Made by a program: the position numbers and the translations under genes | Notes under the pieces: model-generated | What the model saw: only the letters and a program-made list of their open reading frames with translations | Told to the model about the DNA's origin: nothing | The model's database searches: none | Assembly (NCBI GenBank): GCA_947631655.1 | Contig: CANRME010000002.1 | Location: 1-52,812 of the forward strand | Reading direction: 5' to 3' | Source of the DNA: an uncultured Bacilli bacterium | GTDB lineage: Bacteria > Bacillota_I > Bacilli_A > RF39 > UBA660 | DNA: 52,812 nt | Shown: positions 34,273 through 43,016 of the stretch, one piece after another | How positions within the stretch are numbered: position 1 is the stretch's first letter | Layout of the letters: every line of letters begins with the position of its first letter

Positions 34273-34716
34273 TTACATTAAATCTTTTTCTTCTTCATCG
34301 TCACCAATGATTACTAAATCTTTTAAATCATCATCGTCTTCGTCATCATCTACATCATCATCGTAATAAAGTTCTTCTTCCTTGTCCTCTTCATCTTCAA
34401 TATCAGGTTCTTCTTCATCGCTTACAACGACTTCTTCTTCATCATCTAAGTCCATAACAATATTAGACTTATGACGACTTTTTAAATCCCAGTAACCATT
34501 TTCTAGCATTGTAAATCTTTGGTCAGTAGATAATACTTGAAAGAAATCTCCGATTTGACGTTCATATACAGCATCACTTAATTTTAATAAAGTACATATT
34601 TCTTTAAATAAATCCGTGATTTTAATTTTCTTTCCTGTTTCATTTAATATTTCATAAGCTATGTCATCATAAGACATATTTTCTAATTCTTCTTCCGTAA
34701 TATTTTTTAATTTCAT
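34273..34716 (-). CDS. rpoE: DNA-directed RNA polymerase subunit delta
   Basis: The N-terminal HARE-HTH-like domain (MSYDDIAYEIL...GDFFQVLSTDQRFTMLENGYWDLK) is followed by a long D/E-rich acidic tail. Confidence 0.88.
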   Translation of the reverse strand: MKLKNITEEELENMSYDDIAYEILNETGKKIKITDLFKEICTLLKLSDAVYERQIGDFFQVLSTDQRFTMLENGYWDLKSRHKSNIVMDLDDEEEVVVSDEEEPDIEDEEDKEEELYYDDDVDDDEDDDDLKDLVIIGDDEEEKDLM

Positions 34717-34724
34717 AATTCCTC

Positions 34725-36335
34725 CTACATTCTTTCTGGTGGTATAACACCAATTAAATCAAGGGCATTTTTTAAAGTTACCCTAATAGCACTTAAAAAA
34801 TTCATATATTCATTAGTTTCATCTTCATTTTCCGTTATAAAACGCTTTTTAGAGTATAGAACATGGAAGCTTGAAGCTAACTCATAAACATAATTAGTTA
34901 TTAAATGAGGTAACTTTTTATTCGCTGCGTTTAAAACAACAGATGGAAACTCATATAATTTTTCTAGAACATTATATGACAAATTATCATTAATGTATAG
35001 GTATTTATTAATATTTTTGATATTTTTATAAGAATTTAGAATTGTAGAGATTCTAGCGTAGGCGTAAGATACGTAATAAACAGGGTTTTCATTTGATTTT
35101 TTCTTTGCAAGTTCTAAGTCAAAATCCATTTGGGTATCTAGACTATGCATAGAGAAGAAATAACGAGCGGCATTAATGCCAACTTCATCGATTAGCTCTT
35201 GTAAACTTACGGAGTTTCCAGTTCTCTTACTCATTTTAACTTCGACACCATCTTTTACTAAACGAACTAATTGTAATAATTTAACATCTAGAATATCAGG
35301 ATTATAACCTAAGGCTTTTAAAGACCCTTTAAGACGAGCAACATAACCATGATGATCGGTTCCTAAAACATCAATAAGATTTGTATAACCTCTTTTTATT
35401 TTATCAATATGATACGCAATATCCGGAACTAAATAAGTATAAGTACCATCGTTTTTAATTAAGACATGGTCTTTATCATCACCTAAAGCACTAGATTTTA
35501 ACCAAGTAGCTCCTTCGCTTTCATAAGCATAGCCATTATCTTTCATGGTCTCAATCATTTTAGGAAGATTACTTTTACCAACAATATTTTTTTCACTAGA
35601 ATAAATATCAAAATTTATTCGGTAATCTCTTAAAACTTTTTTTATTTTATCTAGTAAAATATTAGTACCTAGTTCTTTAAAGTAATCTAGTTCTTTATCT
35701 TTTAAAGTGTCTTTATGTTCTTTAAATAAGTTTTCCGCAATCTCCGTTATTTCCGGACCATGATAACCGTTTTCTGGTATTTCCGTAGGAATACCTAGAA
35801 GGGTTAGATAACGCGCTTGGATTGATAAACCTAAATTAGTAATTTGGACACCTGCATCATTGACATAATATTCTTCGGTTACATCATAACCACTAAACCT
35901 TAGGATTCTAGCTAGGGAGTCACCATAAGCTCCACCACGAGCATTGCCCAAATGTAAGATACCAGTAGGGTTAGCACTAACAAATTCGATATTATAATTT
36001 AAGCCTTTTCCACTAGTATTACTTCCGTAGTTTGCTCCTTCTTTATTAATAGTATTAATATTATCGAGTAGGTAATCCTTTTTAACAAAGAAGTTAATGA
36101 ATCCCGGAGGAGCAACTTCGACATTGGTTACAAGTTCACATTTAAAATTATTTTTTATCTTATTCGCGACATTCAAAGGATTATCTTGTAAACTTTTCGC
36201 TAACTTTAAAGCTATATTAGTAGCAAAGTCCCCATTTTCTTTCTTTTGAGGTTTAGTAAGTTCAATAATAGTATCATGAATATCTAAAGTAGCTAGGGCT
36301 TCATTTAAAGAGTTTTTTATACTTTCTTCAATCAT
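34725..36335 (-). CDS. argS: Arginine--tRNA ligase
   Basis: HIGH-type motif SANPTGILHLGNARG, KMSKRTGN, and a C-terminal DALR anticodon-binding region ending in M. Confidence 0.95.
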   Translation of the reverse strand: MIEESIKNSLNEALATLDIHDTIIELTKPQKKENGDFATNIALKLAKSLQDNPLNVANKIKNNFKCELVTNVEVAPPGFINFFVKKDYLLDNINTINKEGANYGSNTSGKGLNYNIEFVSANPTGILHLGNARGGAYGDSLARILRFSGYDVTEEYYVNDAGVQITNLGLSIQARYLTLLGIPTEIPENGYHGPEITEIAENLFKEHKDTLKDKELDYFKELGTNILLDKIKKVLRDYRINFDIYSSEKNIVGKSNLPKMIETMKDNGYAYESEGATWLKSSALGDDKDHVLIKNDGTYTYLVPDIAYHIDKIKRGYTNLIDVLGTDHHGYVARLKGSLKALGYNPDILDVKLLQLVRLVKDGVEVKMSKRTGNSVSLQELIDEVGINAARYFFSMHSLDTQMDFDLELAKKKSNENPVYYVSYAYARISTILNSYKNIKNINKYLYINDNLSYNVLEKLYEFPSVVLNAANKKLPHLITNYVYELASSFHVLYSKKRFITENEDETNEYMNFLSAIRVTLKNALDLIGVIPPERM

Positions 36336-36337
36336 AG

Positions 36338-36724
36338 TTATTTCCTTTCTAGAGTAATAGTTATTTCTTCTTCTTGACTTTCTAATTTGTAAGTAAATGT
36401 TATCTTATTATCTTTATTTTCATATTTACAAGAATGAACTTTAATAGCAAAATTAATATCTTTTTCTTTAAATAGGTAAGTGCATTCTTTATTATGGGAA
36501 TCTAATCTAAAGTAATACTCATTATTATCTCTTTCATAATTTAAATTATCATTAATAGTTATAGTATTTAAAGTATTATCATAATAAAATCTATAACAAT
36601 GTGCAGATATATCAACTAGTATTTCTTCATTAATATTAATATCTTTAGAAATAATAGTTAATTTATAGGGTACTTCTTTTTCCATAAATTCCATTCCTTG
36701 ATTACTAATTATAACATAAGACAT
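36338..36724 (-). CDS. DUF1934 (YwiB-like) beta-barrel protein
   Basis: Small protein immediately upstream of argS, as in Bacillus ywiB-argS. The composition and length fit, but there is no stronger motif evidence. Confidence 0.5.
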   Translation of the reverse strand: MSYVIISNQGMEFMEKEVPYKLTIISKDININEEILVDISAHCYRFYYDNTLNTITINDNLNYERDNNEYYFRLDSHNKECTYLFKEKDINFAIKVHSCKYENKDNKITFTYKLESQEEEITITLERK

Positions 36725-36780
36725 AAGAAATATTTATAAATTATTTATTTCTTTACATACTAAGAGTATGGTGATGTCTC

Positions 36781-38724
36781 GTGAAACATTTTAAGAGATT
36801 TTATAAGATTTGTCTAGTACTTTTGATAATTTTTTTAGTGGGATTAGGAAGTTTATATATTTGTGCTTATTTTGCGCCGACGTTAGATATTAAAAATTCG
36901 GGACATTTTTATATTTATGATGGAAAAGAAAATTTAGTTTATCAAGGGTCCTCTTCTAGTAGATGGATAGATTTAGAAGATGTAAGCCCTTATATTATTG
37001 ATGCCGTAATTAGTGTGGAAGATAAAAACTTTTATAAACATAATGGATTTGATTATTTACGAATTATTAAAGTTTTATTTAGTAATATGATAAATAGAGA
37101 AATAGTGGCAGGGGCATCAACTATATCGCAACAATATATTAAGAATTTATATTTAGATTTTGATAAAAAGTGGAGTAGAAAGATAGAGGAGGCATGGCTT
37201 ACTTTAAAGCTGGAAGTCCACTATGATAAAGATGAAATATTAGAGGGTTACTTAAATACGATTAATTATGGACAAGGAAATTATGGTATAGAGAATGCGG
37301 CGAATTACTATTTTAATAAAAGCGCTAAAGAGGTAACGTTAGAAGAAGCCTTAATTCTGGCGGGGATTCCTAAAAGTCCATACTATTTTAATCCAGTAGC
37401 GGATTACAATTTAGCAAAAGAAAGAGCTTTAATCGTTGCCGATGCCATGGTAAAAAATGGTAAACTTACCAAAGAAGAATACGACAATCTATTTAAAGAA
37501 GAAGTTAGTATTTATGGGAAGAAAAGTGAAAATAATTTACAAACTTTAATGTATTATCAAGATGCGGTTTATGATGAGTTACACTCTTTGAAATCAGTCC
37601 CGGAATCATTAATAGAAACGGGGGGACTTAAGATATATACTTCTTTAGATATGAATGTGCAAAGTAAAATGGAAGAAACTATGTTAAAAGAAATGCAAGA
37701 TACGGGAGATTTACAAGTAGCTAGTGTCGCTGTGGACCCCAAAACCGGGAATGTCTTAGGACTTATCGGAGGTTTAGACTACGCTAAAAGCCAGTATAAT
37801 AGGGCGATTGATGCGGAAAGGCAAGTGGGAAGTACTATGAAACCGCTTCTTTACTATGCCGCTTTAGAAAACGGAATGACTTCTTCAAGCACCTTTTTAA
37901 GTGAACCTACTAATTTTGTATTTGCAAATAATCAAACTTATAGTCCAGAAAACTATAATGGAAAATACGGTAACCAAAATATAACGATGGCAGCGGCGAT
38001 TTCGTATAGTGATAATATTTATGCGGTTAAAACCCATTTGTTTTTAGGAGAAGATGTGCTAGTAGATACCGCAAAAAGAATGGGAATTAAAAAGAAATTG
38101 GAACCAATTGTTTCTTTACCTTTAGGAACAGTAGAGTTATCAATGCTAGATTATGCTAATGCATATACAACTCTAGCTAGTGGCGGTTATAAGAGAGATA
38201 TTTCTTTTATTACTAAAGTAGAAGACTTAGACGGCCATGTTTTATATGAAAAAAAGCAAAAAGACGATTTAGTTTTAGAACCTAGTTATGTTTATATTTT
38301 AAATGAAATGCTAACAAGCACTTATAATTCGGCATTTATCGATTATAATACCCCAACAGTCCTTAGTATTGCGGGAAAGATTTCAAGGAAATATGCGGTT
38401 AAAACAGGAACCACAGGAACGGATTGTTATATGGTTGGTTATAACCCAGATATTATGATGATGGTCTGGAACGGATATGATGACAATAGAGCAGTTGAAA
38501 ATAAGCTGGGTAATATTTCTAAAAATATATGGGTTGATACCGTGGAAAATTTTGAATTAGATAGAGATGTAGTTTGGTATCAAAAACCCGAAAATGTTGT
38601 AGGAATGGCCTTAAATGCAATTACAGGTAAGTTAGATAATGATTTAGAACATAGTAATATATTTTACTTCATTGATGGTAGTGAAGGGGTTTATGAAGTA
38701 AAAAGTGCTGATTATGAGGAATAG
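36781..38724 (+). CDS. Class A penicillin-binding protein (glycosyltransferase + transpeptidase)
   Basis: N-terminal TM; GT51 motifs EDKNFYKHNGFD and STISQQ; transpeptidase motifs STMKP, YSDN and KTGTT. GTG start. Confidence 0.92.
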   Translation: MKHFKRFYKICLVLLIIFLVGLGSLYICAYFAPTLDIKNSGHFYIYDGKENLVYQGSSSSRWIDLEDVSPYIIDAVISVEDKNFYKHNGFDYLRIIKVLFSNMINREIVAGASTISQQYIKNLYLDFDKKWSRKIEEAWLTLKLEVHYDKDEILEGYLNTINYGQGNYGIENAANYYFNKSAKEVTLEEALILAGIPKSPYYFNPVADYNLAKERALIVADAMVKNGKLTKEEYDNLFKEEVSIYGKKSENNLQTLMYYQDAVYDELHSLKSVPESLIETGGLKIYTSLDMNVQSKMEETMLKEMQDTGDLQVASVAVDPKTGNVLGLIGGLDYAKSQYNRAIDAERQVGSTMKPLLYYAALENGMTSSSTFLSEPTNFVFANNQTYSPENYNGKYGNQNITMAAAISYSDNIYAVKTHLFLGEDVLVDTAKRMGIKKKLEPIVSLPLGTVELSMLDYANAYTTLASGGYKRDISFITKVEDLDGHVLYEKKQKDDLVLEPSYVYILNEMLTSTYNSAFIDYNTPTVLSIAGKISRKYAVKTGTTGTDCYMVGYNPDIMMMVWNGYDDNRAVENKLGNISKNIWVDTVENFELDRDVVWYQKPENVVGMALNAITGKLDNDLEHSNIFYFIDGSEGVYEVKSADYEE

Positions 38725-38740
38725 ATTTTTATGCTTTTAA

Positions 38741-38764
38741 AAAATAACCTTACTTGGTTATTTT
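38741..38764 (+). terminator. Terminator of the PBP gene, overlapping the stop of the convergent parB-like gene
   Basis: Stem aaaataacc/ggttatttt with loop ttactt. Confidence 0.5.
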
Positions 38765-40071
38765 CTAACTATTATGGTATAAATTGTTGAATTTAAGGTA
38801 TCTGTAGTATTTAGTTCTACATTTAATCCAGCTTGTTTTAGCGCACCTATAGCATTATCAATGATTGATTTTTCTGAAGATGGAGTAGGAGTTAAAGTAT
38901 CTGATTTTTCTTCTTCAACTAAGTCCATGGGATCAAATATTTTATTAGTAACTTCAGGTTCAGATATAACTGGAGTATCATTTGGTATAGCATTAAAGAA
39001 TCTATTTGTTTGAGGACCTAAATAATCTTTACTATCATTTTCTATTGGAGGTATAACTGGTTTTTCTTCAGGTTTTGGAGTCATTGGTTTATCAATAACA
39101 TTTAATCTTGTAGAATCAAAATTATCATTAGTTTGAAACAAAGAATTAATATCAAATTCATTTTTTGGCTCGTTAGAAGGAGAAGGTAAATCTGTGAAGA
39201 AACGATTGGTAGTAGGTTGTTCCTCTTCTTTGACAGATTCTAAAGTAGGTAATCCTAAATCCACTTTGTTAGGAGTTGGATTATTTAATAGAGAAGATAA
39301 ATCTGGTTCGTCTTTCTCTGGTAAATTTGCAGAATAATCAGTCATCATAGAATCGGGAACCATCATTGTATCAACTGGTAATCTTGTAGCATTTAAATCC
39401 ATTGCATTATTTTTAATGGCTTCTAAATTAGGAGTTAAATTAACTTTTGGAATGGCAGCATCACTACCTTCTAAATATTTTTTAATTTCGGCATCAAGAT
39501 TACGAACCGTTAATCTTTCCGTAATAGTTTTTTCTAAGAATTTTTTTTGGTCTTCTTTATTAGTTAAAGCTAGTAAGGCTCTCGCATGACGTTCGCTTAT
39601 TCTTTCCTCTAATAACGCTTGTTGTACAGATTCATCTAGATTAAGTAAACGTAATTTATTAGAGATAGCAGATTGGGAAAGACCCATTTTTTTGGCTAAT
39701 TGTTCTTGAGTAAGATAGCCTTTATCTAATAAACTTTTATAAGAACGAGCTTCTTCAATAGGGGTTAAATCACGACGTTGAAGGTTTTCTACTAAAGCAA
39801 CTTCAGCACTTTTGTTATCATCTATATTAGAAATTACGGCTGGAACAGTAGTAAGACCCGCCATTTGACTGGCTTTATATCTTCTTTCACCCGCAATTAT
39901 TTCATATTTATTACCTAATTTACGTAATACTAGAGGTTGAATAATTCCGTGTTCTTTAATAGAAGCCGCAAGTTCTTGTAATCCTTGCTCATCAAAAGAT
40001 AACCGTGGTTGAAAACGGTTAGGAATTATATCATCAATATTTACTTGTAAAACTTCATTGTCCATATTCAT
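38758..40071 (-). CDS. parB: ParB/Spo0J/Noc-family protein with a long low-complexity C-terminal extension
   Basis: IPNRFQPR, the GERRYKA arginine patch and the HTH LTQEQLAKKMGLSQSAISNKLRLLNL. Residues from ~205 onward are P/N/T/D/E-rich, and the protein is 437 aa rather than ~280. Confidence 0.85.
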   Translation of the reverse strand: MNMDNEVLQVNIDDIIPNRFQPRLSFDEQGLQELAASIKEHGIIQPLVLRKLGNKYEIIAGERRYKASQMAGLTTVPAVISNIDDNKSAEVALVENLQRRDLTPIEEARSYKSLLDKGYLTQEQLAKKMGLSQSAISNKLRLLNLDESVQQALLEERISERHARALLALTNKEDQKKFLEKTITERLTVRNLDAEIKKYLEGSDAAIPKVNLTPNLEAIKNNAMDLNATRLPVDTMMVPDSMMTDYSANLPEKDEPDLSSLLNNPTPNKVDLGLPTLESVKEEEQPTTNRFFTDLPSPSNEPKNEFDINSLFQTNDNFDSTRLNVIDKPMTPKPEEKPVIPPIENDSKDYLGPQTNRFFNAIPNDTPVISEPEVTNKIFDPMDLVEEEKSDTLTPTPSSEKSIIDNAIGALKQAGLNVELNTTDTLNSTIYTIIVRK

Positions 40072-40230
40072 AGTATACAGCCCTTTTCTATTCTTATAAT
40101 TATCTATATTAATAATACCTTAAAGTTATTTTTTTTGCAATAGTAAACAATGTAAAATTTTTATTTTTTAGGGTAATAGTAATAGATTTTTTTAATAATC
40201 CGTGGTATGAATATAATAGGATGTGATAGT

Positions 40231-40341
40231 ATGACTAGTAAGAATTTAAAAGATCTTAGTTTTGAAGAGTTAGTGAAAATTATGGAAGAAATTACAAATC
40301 TAAAAATTGCAATTACTAAAAGAATAGAGGGTGAAAAATAA
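40231..40341 (+). CDS. Possible 36-aa leader/partner ORF translationally coupled to the 629-aa gene
   Basis: AGGA lies 9 nt upstream of the ATG. It encodes MTSKNLKDLSFEELVKIMEEITNLKIAITKRIEGEK. Its TAA overlaps the next ATG (TAATG), and the RBS of the next gene (GAGGGTG) lies inside it. Confidence 0.35.
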   Translation: MTSKNLKDLSFEELVKIMEEITNLKIAITKRIEGEK

Positions 40342-42230
40342 TGACTTATTTAGAATATAAAACTGCTATTGAAGGAATTCATCAAAGAATGAGTAGTGAA
40401 GGAATTAATAATCAACAGTTACAAAATGATTTAATTTTACTTGAATCTATTTATCATAATGAACTTAAAGAGGCTTTAAAGACAAAGATAGACCAAATGG
40501 AAGAAAGAGAACTTGATGATAATATTGCAAAAATGAGTCCGAGCTTTGAGGAAGAAGACGAAAAACTAAAAGCTATTTATTTAGAGCCACAAATTAAAGA
40601 ATTTACTAGTCAAAGAAATATTACTTTTACAAATATTAAAGAGATACAGGAAATACTAGACATGCACGATAAATACTCCAAGGCAAAGATTGATTATGTA
40701 GATATGCTTACTAAATCTTCATCTTTTAAAGTTGCTATGAGTTGGTTTAAGACGACTGATTTTTATAAAAATAATAAACAAAATTTTGATGCTTTTGAAA
40801 CTCAAATGAACTATCGTTTTAATGGTAATGAGGTGATTGATAGACAAGTAGTAGAACTATTATTTAATGAAACAATGGGAGAGTTAGTTAATAATTACTT
40901 TTTTAAATTAAATTTTATTAATGAACATTATTTTGAACCAGACTATCATGATCGAAAAGTAGAAGACCCACTTACTATAGAAGATATATTAAATCATGTG
41001 GCTAATGCTTCAGGACTTAGTAATAGTATAAGAGAGAAATCGTTTGAAACTTATTATAAAACGACTGATTTTTATAAACAAAATCCTAATTTTAGCGTTT
41101 TAATGAATGATAGGGTAGTAACAGAGATGGGTAGTGGTATCCAAACTCTTCATACTTTAAAAGATATTTATACAACAGCTTATCAAAAATATGCGGAAGA
41201 AAAAGATAAAATGATTGTAAAGCCACAAGAAAAAATAAAGAGTAGAACACAAACTATTGAAGATAAAAAGGCTTATTTACTAGAATTAATTACTGGCAAA
41301 TATACACGGAGTGTTGATGCAAATAAAGCTATTCAAAATAGCGAAATGTTACAAGGATTAAGTGCCCAAGTTCCAGAGATGGAAGGATTTAATCATAAGA
41401 CTAAAGAAGGAGTAAGTTTAGATGATGTATTAAGTACATCAAATCCTAGTTTAGGAGGACTAGGTAGTGCTTTACACGAATTATCAGGATTAGATTCCGA
41501 ACAAGAACAATTCTATAGTTTATTACAAAATTATGAAACAGTTATATTGCCAGCATATAATTCAGAGATACAAGTAATAAATGATCAAAGAGAACAATAT
41601 GAAGCTCAATTAAAAGAAGCCCAAAATTTAGTAGCGAATGCAGAAGTACAATTATCTGTTAAACAAAATGAAAAAGTAAATATATTCAATAAAAATAAAC
41701 ATAATATAGAATTAGCACAATGTACACAATCTTATAATGAGGCGAAGAAAAGGGAAGAAGAAGTTAATTCTTTACTTGATAATATTAAAAAAGCAAATGA
41801 AAGTAGTTATCTAAAATTAAATACCGAGTACACTAAGTTAATACAATATGTACCACATGTAAGAAATTATTTACCACATCAATTAGAAAATATTAAAAGT
41901 GACGCTAGAGCTTATTTTGAATTAAAAAGAAATACAGCTTTACAAGCTTATAGAGAAGCGATTATTAATTACGTTAGTAATGTTTCTAAGTTCTTTAAAA
42001 CGACACCAGAAAAATTATATGAAAAATTTAGTATCAATTTAGAAGTGTTCCAACCAGATATTTTAAATCGCATAACTCTTATGGCCCAAGCTTTAAATGA
42101 AGCGGTTAATTTAAGTGTTCAAGATGAACAAGTTTTAGAAGCTATGAGAAATGCGGCCGGTTCTGATATAGAGCTAGCTCAAGATGATTTGAATACAATT
42201 ATAAATGAAGAATCACAAAGACATCGTTAA
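40341..42230 (+). CDS. Hypothetical coiled-coil protein, 629 aa
   Basis: Long ORF with a strong RBS and no TM segment. It has an internal duplication (FKTTDFYKNNKQNFDAFETQMN / YKTTDFYKQNPNFSVLMN) and a heptad-rich C-terminal half. Confidence 0.6.
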   Translation: MTYLEYKTAIEGIHQRMSSEGINNQQLQNDLILLESIYHNELKEALKTKIDQMEERELDDNIAKMSPSFEEEDEKLKAIYLEPQIKEFTSQRNITFTNIKEIQEILDMHDKYSKAKIDYVDMLTKSSSFKVAMSWFKTTDFYKNNKQNFDAFETQMNYRFNGNEVIDRQVVELLFNETMGELVNNYFFKLNFINEHYFEPDYHDRKVEDPLTIEDILNHVANASGLSNSIREKSFETYYKTTDFYKQNPNFSVLMNDRVVTEMGSGIQTLHTLKDIYTTAYQKYAEEKDKMIVKPQEKIKSRTQTIEDKKAYLLELITGKYTRSVDANKAIQNSEMLQGLSAQVPEMEGFNHKTKEGVSLDDVLSTSNPSLGGLGSALHELSGLDSEQEQFYSLLQNYETVILPAYNSEIQVINDQREQYEAQLKEAQNLVANAEVQLSVKQNEKVNIFNKNKHNIELAQCTQSYNEAKKREEEVNSLLDNIKKANESSYLKLNTEYTKLIQYVPHVRNYLPHQLENIKSDARAYFELKRNTALQAYREAIINYVSNVSKFFKTTPEKLYEKFSINLEVFQPDILNRITLMAQALNEAVNLSVQDEQVLEAMRNAAGSDIELAQDDLNTIINEESQRHR

Positions 42231-42245
42231 GGATGTCTTTTTTTA
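42218..42245 (+). terminator. Rho-independent terminator of the 629-aa gene
   Basis: Stem aagacatc/gatgtctt with the stop codon in the loop, followed by T7. Confidence 0.65.
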
Positions 42246-42248
42246 AAG

Positions 42249-42270
42249 TTAGTACGGTACATCGTACTAA
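42249..42270. repeat. Hairpin 1 with GTACAT loop
   Basis: ttagtacg GTACAT cgtactaa. It shares the 10-mer cggtacatcg with the hairpin at 42286-42311. Confidence 0.6.
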
Positions 42271-42285
42271 ATCTTAATTTTAAAA

Positions 42286-42311
42286 AGTTATTTCGGTACA
42301 TCGAAATAACT
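42286..42311 (-). terminator. Terminator of rsmG (hairpin 2 with GTACAT loop), potentially bidirectional
   Basis: 10-bp stem agttatttcg/cgaaataact, flanked by A5 upstream and TTT downstream. It lies 3 nt from the rsmG stop. Confidence 0.6.
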
Positions 42312-42314
42312 TTT

Positions 42315-43016
42315 CTATTTATTTTCTTTTAATATTTGTTTATAAGGGCGGGGATATTTAGGATTGGTTGGTTTTAATTTGGTTATTTTAATTATGGTTC
42401 TTTTAGATTCTTCAAAAGGAAGAGTAAAATCTTTTTGAGTAGTTATCTTACTATCTAAAGTAGTTAAGATTTTAGAGCTTGCTTCTAGTTCTTTAGATAT
42501 TTCACCTTTTAAAGCAATAAAATAACCATTTACTTTAACATAAGGAAGTGCTAACTCACTTAAGATTGGTAAAGAAGCAACGGCTCTTGAAGTTACCAAA
42601 TCAAAATATTCTCGTTTATCTTTAATGTATTCTTCAGCTCGAGCATGAACTAATGTTACTTTAAGATCTAATTTTTCACATAATTCTTCTAAAAATTTTA
42701 TCTTTTTATTATTGCTATCTAGTAAAGTAACTTCTAAATGAGGATAGAAAATTTTTAGAACAAGACCAGGGAAACCAGCACCAGTGCCAATATCTAATAA
42801 AGTGTTTATAGTATTTGAATCTATTACTTTGGTAATAGTTAAAGAATCATAAAAATGTTTTAAATAAATATCTTTAGTTTCAGTTATAGCAGTTAAATTA
42901 GTATGTTTATTATAATCTTGCAGGAAAGTACAATATGTTTTTAGTTTGTCTAAAACATCAGGTGTAGGAGTAATATTTAAATCAGTTAAATTTTTAATAA
43001 ATTCTTGTTCAGTCAT
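42315..43016 (-). CDS. rsmG: 16S rRNA (guanine527-N7)-methyltransferase
   Basis: SAM motif LLDIGTGAGFPGLVLKI, and SRAVA. It lies downstream of mnmG with an 8-nt overlap. Confidence 0.92.
   Translation of the reverse strand: MTEQEFIKNLTDLNITPTPDVLDKLKTYCTFLQDYNKHTNLTAITETKDIYLKHFYDSLTITKVIDSNTINTLLDIGTGAGFPGLVLKIFYPHLEVTLLDSNNKKIKFLEELCEKLDLKVTLVHARAEEYIKDKREYFDLVTSRAVASLPILSELALPYVKVNGYFIALKGEISKELEASSKILTTLDSKITTQKDFTLPFEESKRTIIKITKLKPTNPKYPRPYKQILKENK

Noticed and set aside
36768-36792. parS-like sequence (tgtctcgtgaaaca) at the PBP gene start
   Set aside because: It matches only the right half of the TGTTNCACGTGAAACA consensus and is 2 nt short in the centre. It also coincides with the GTG start codon region.
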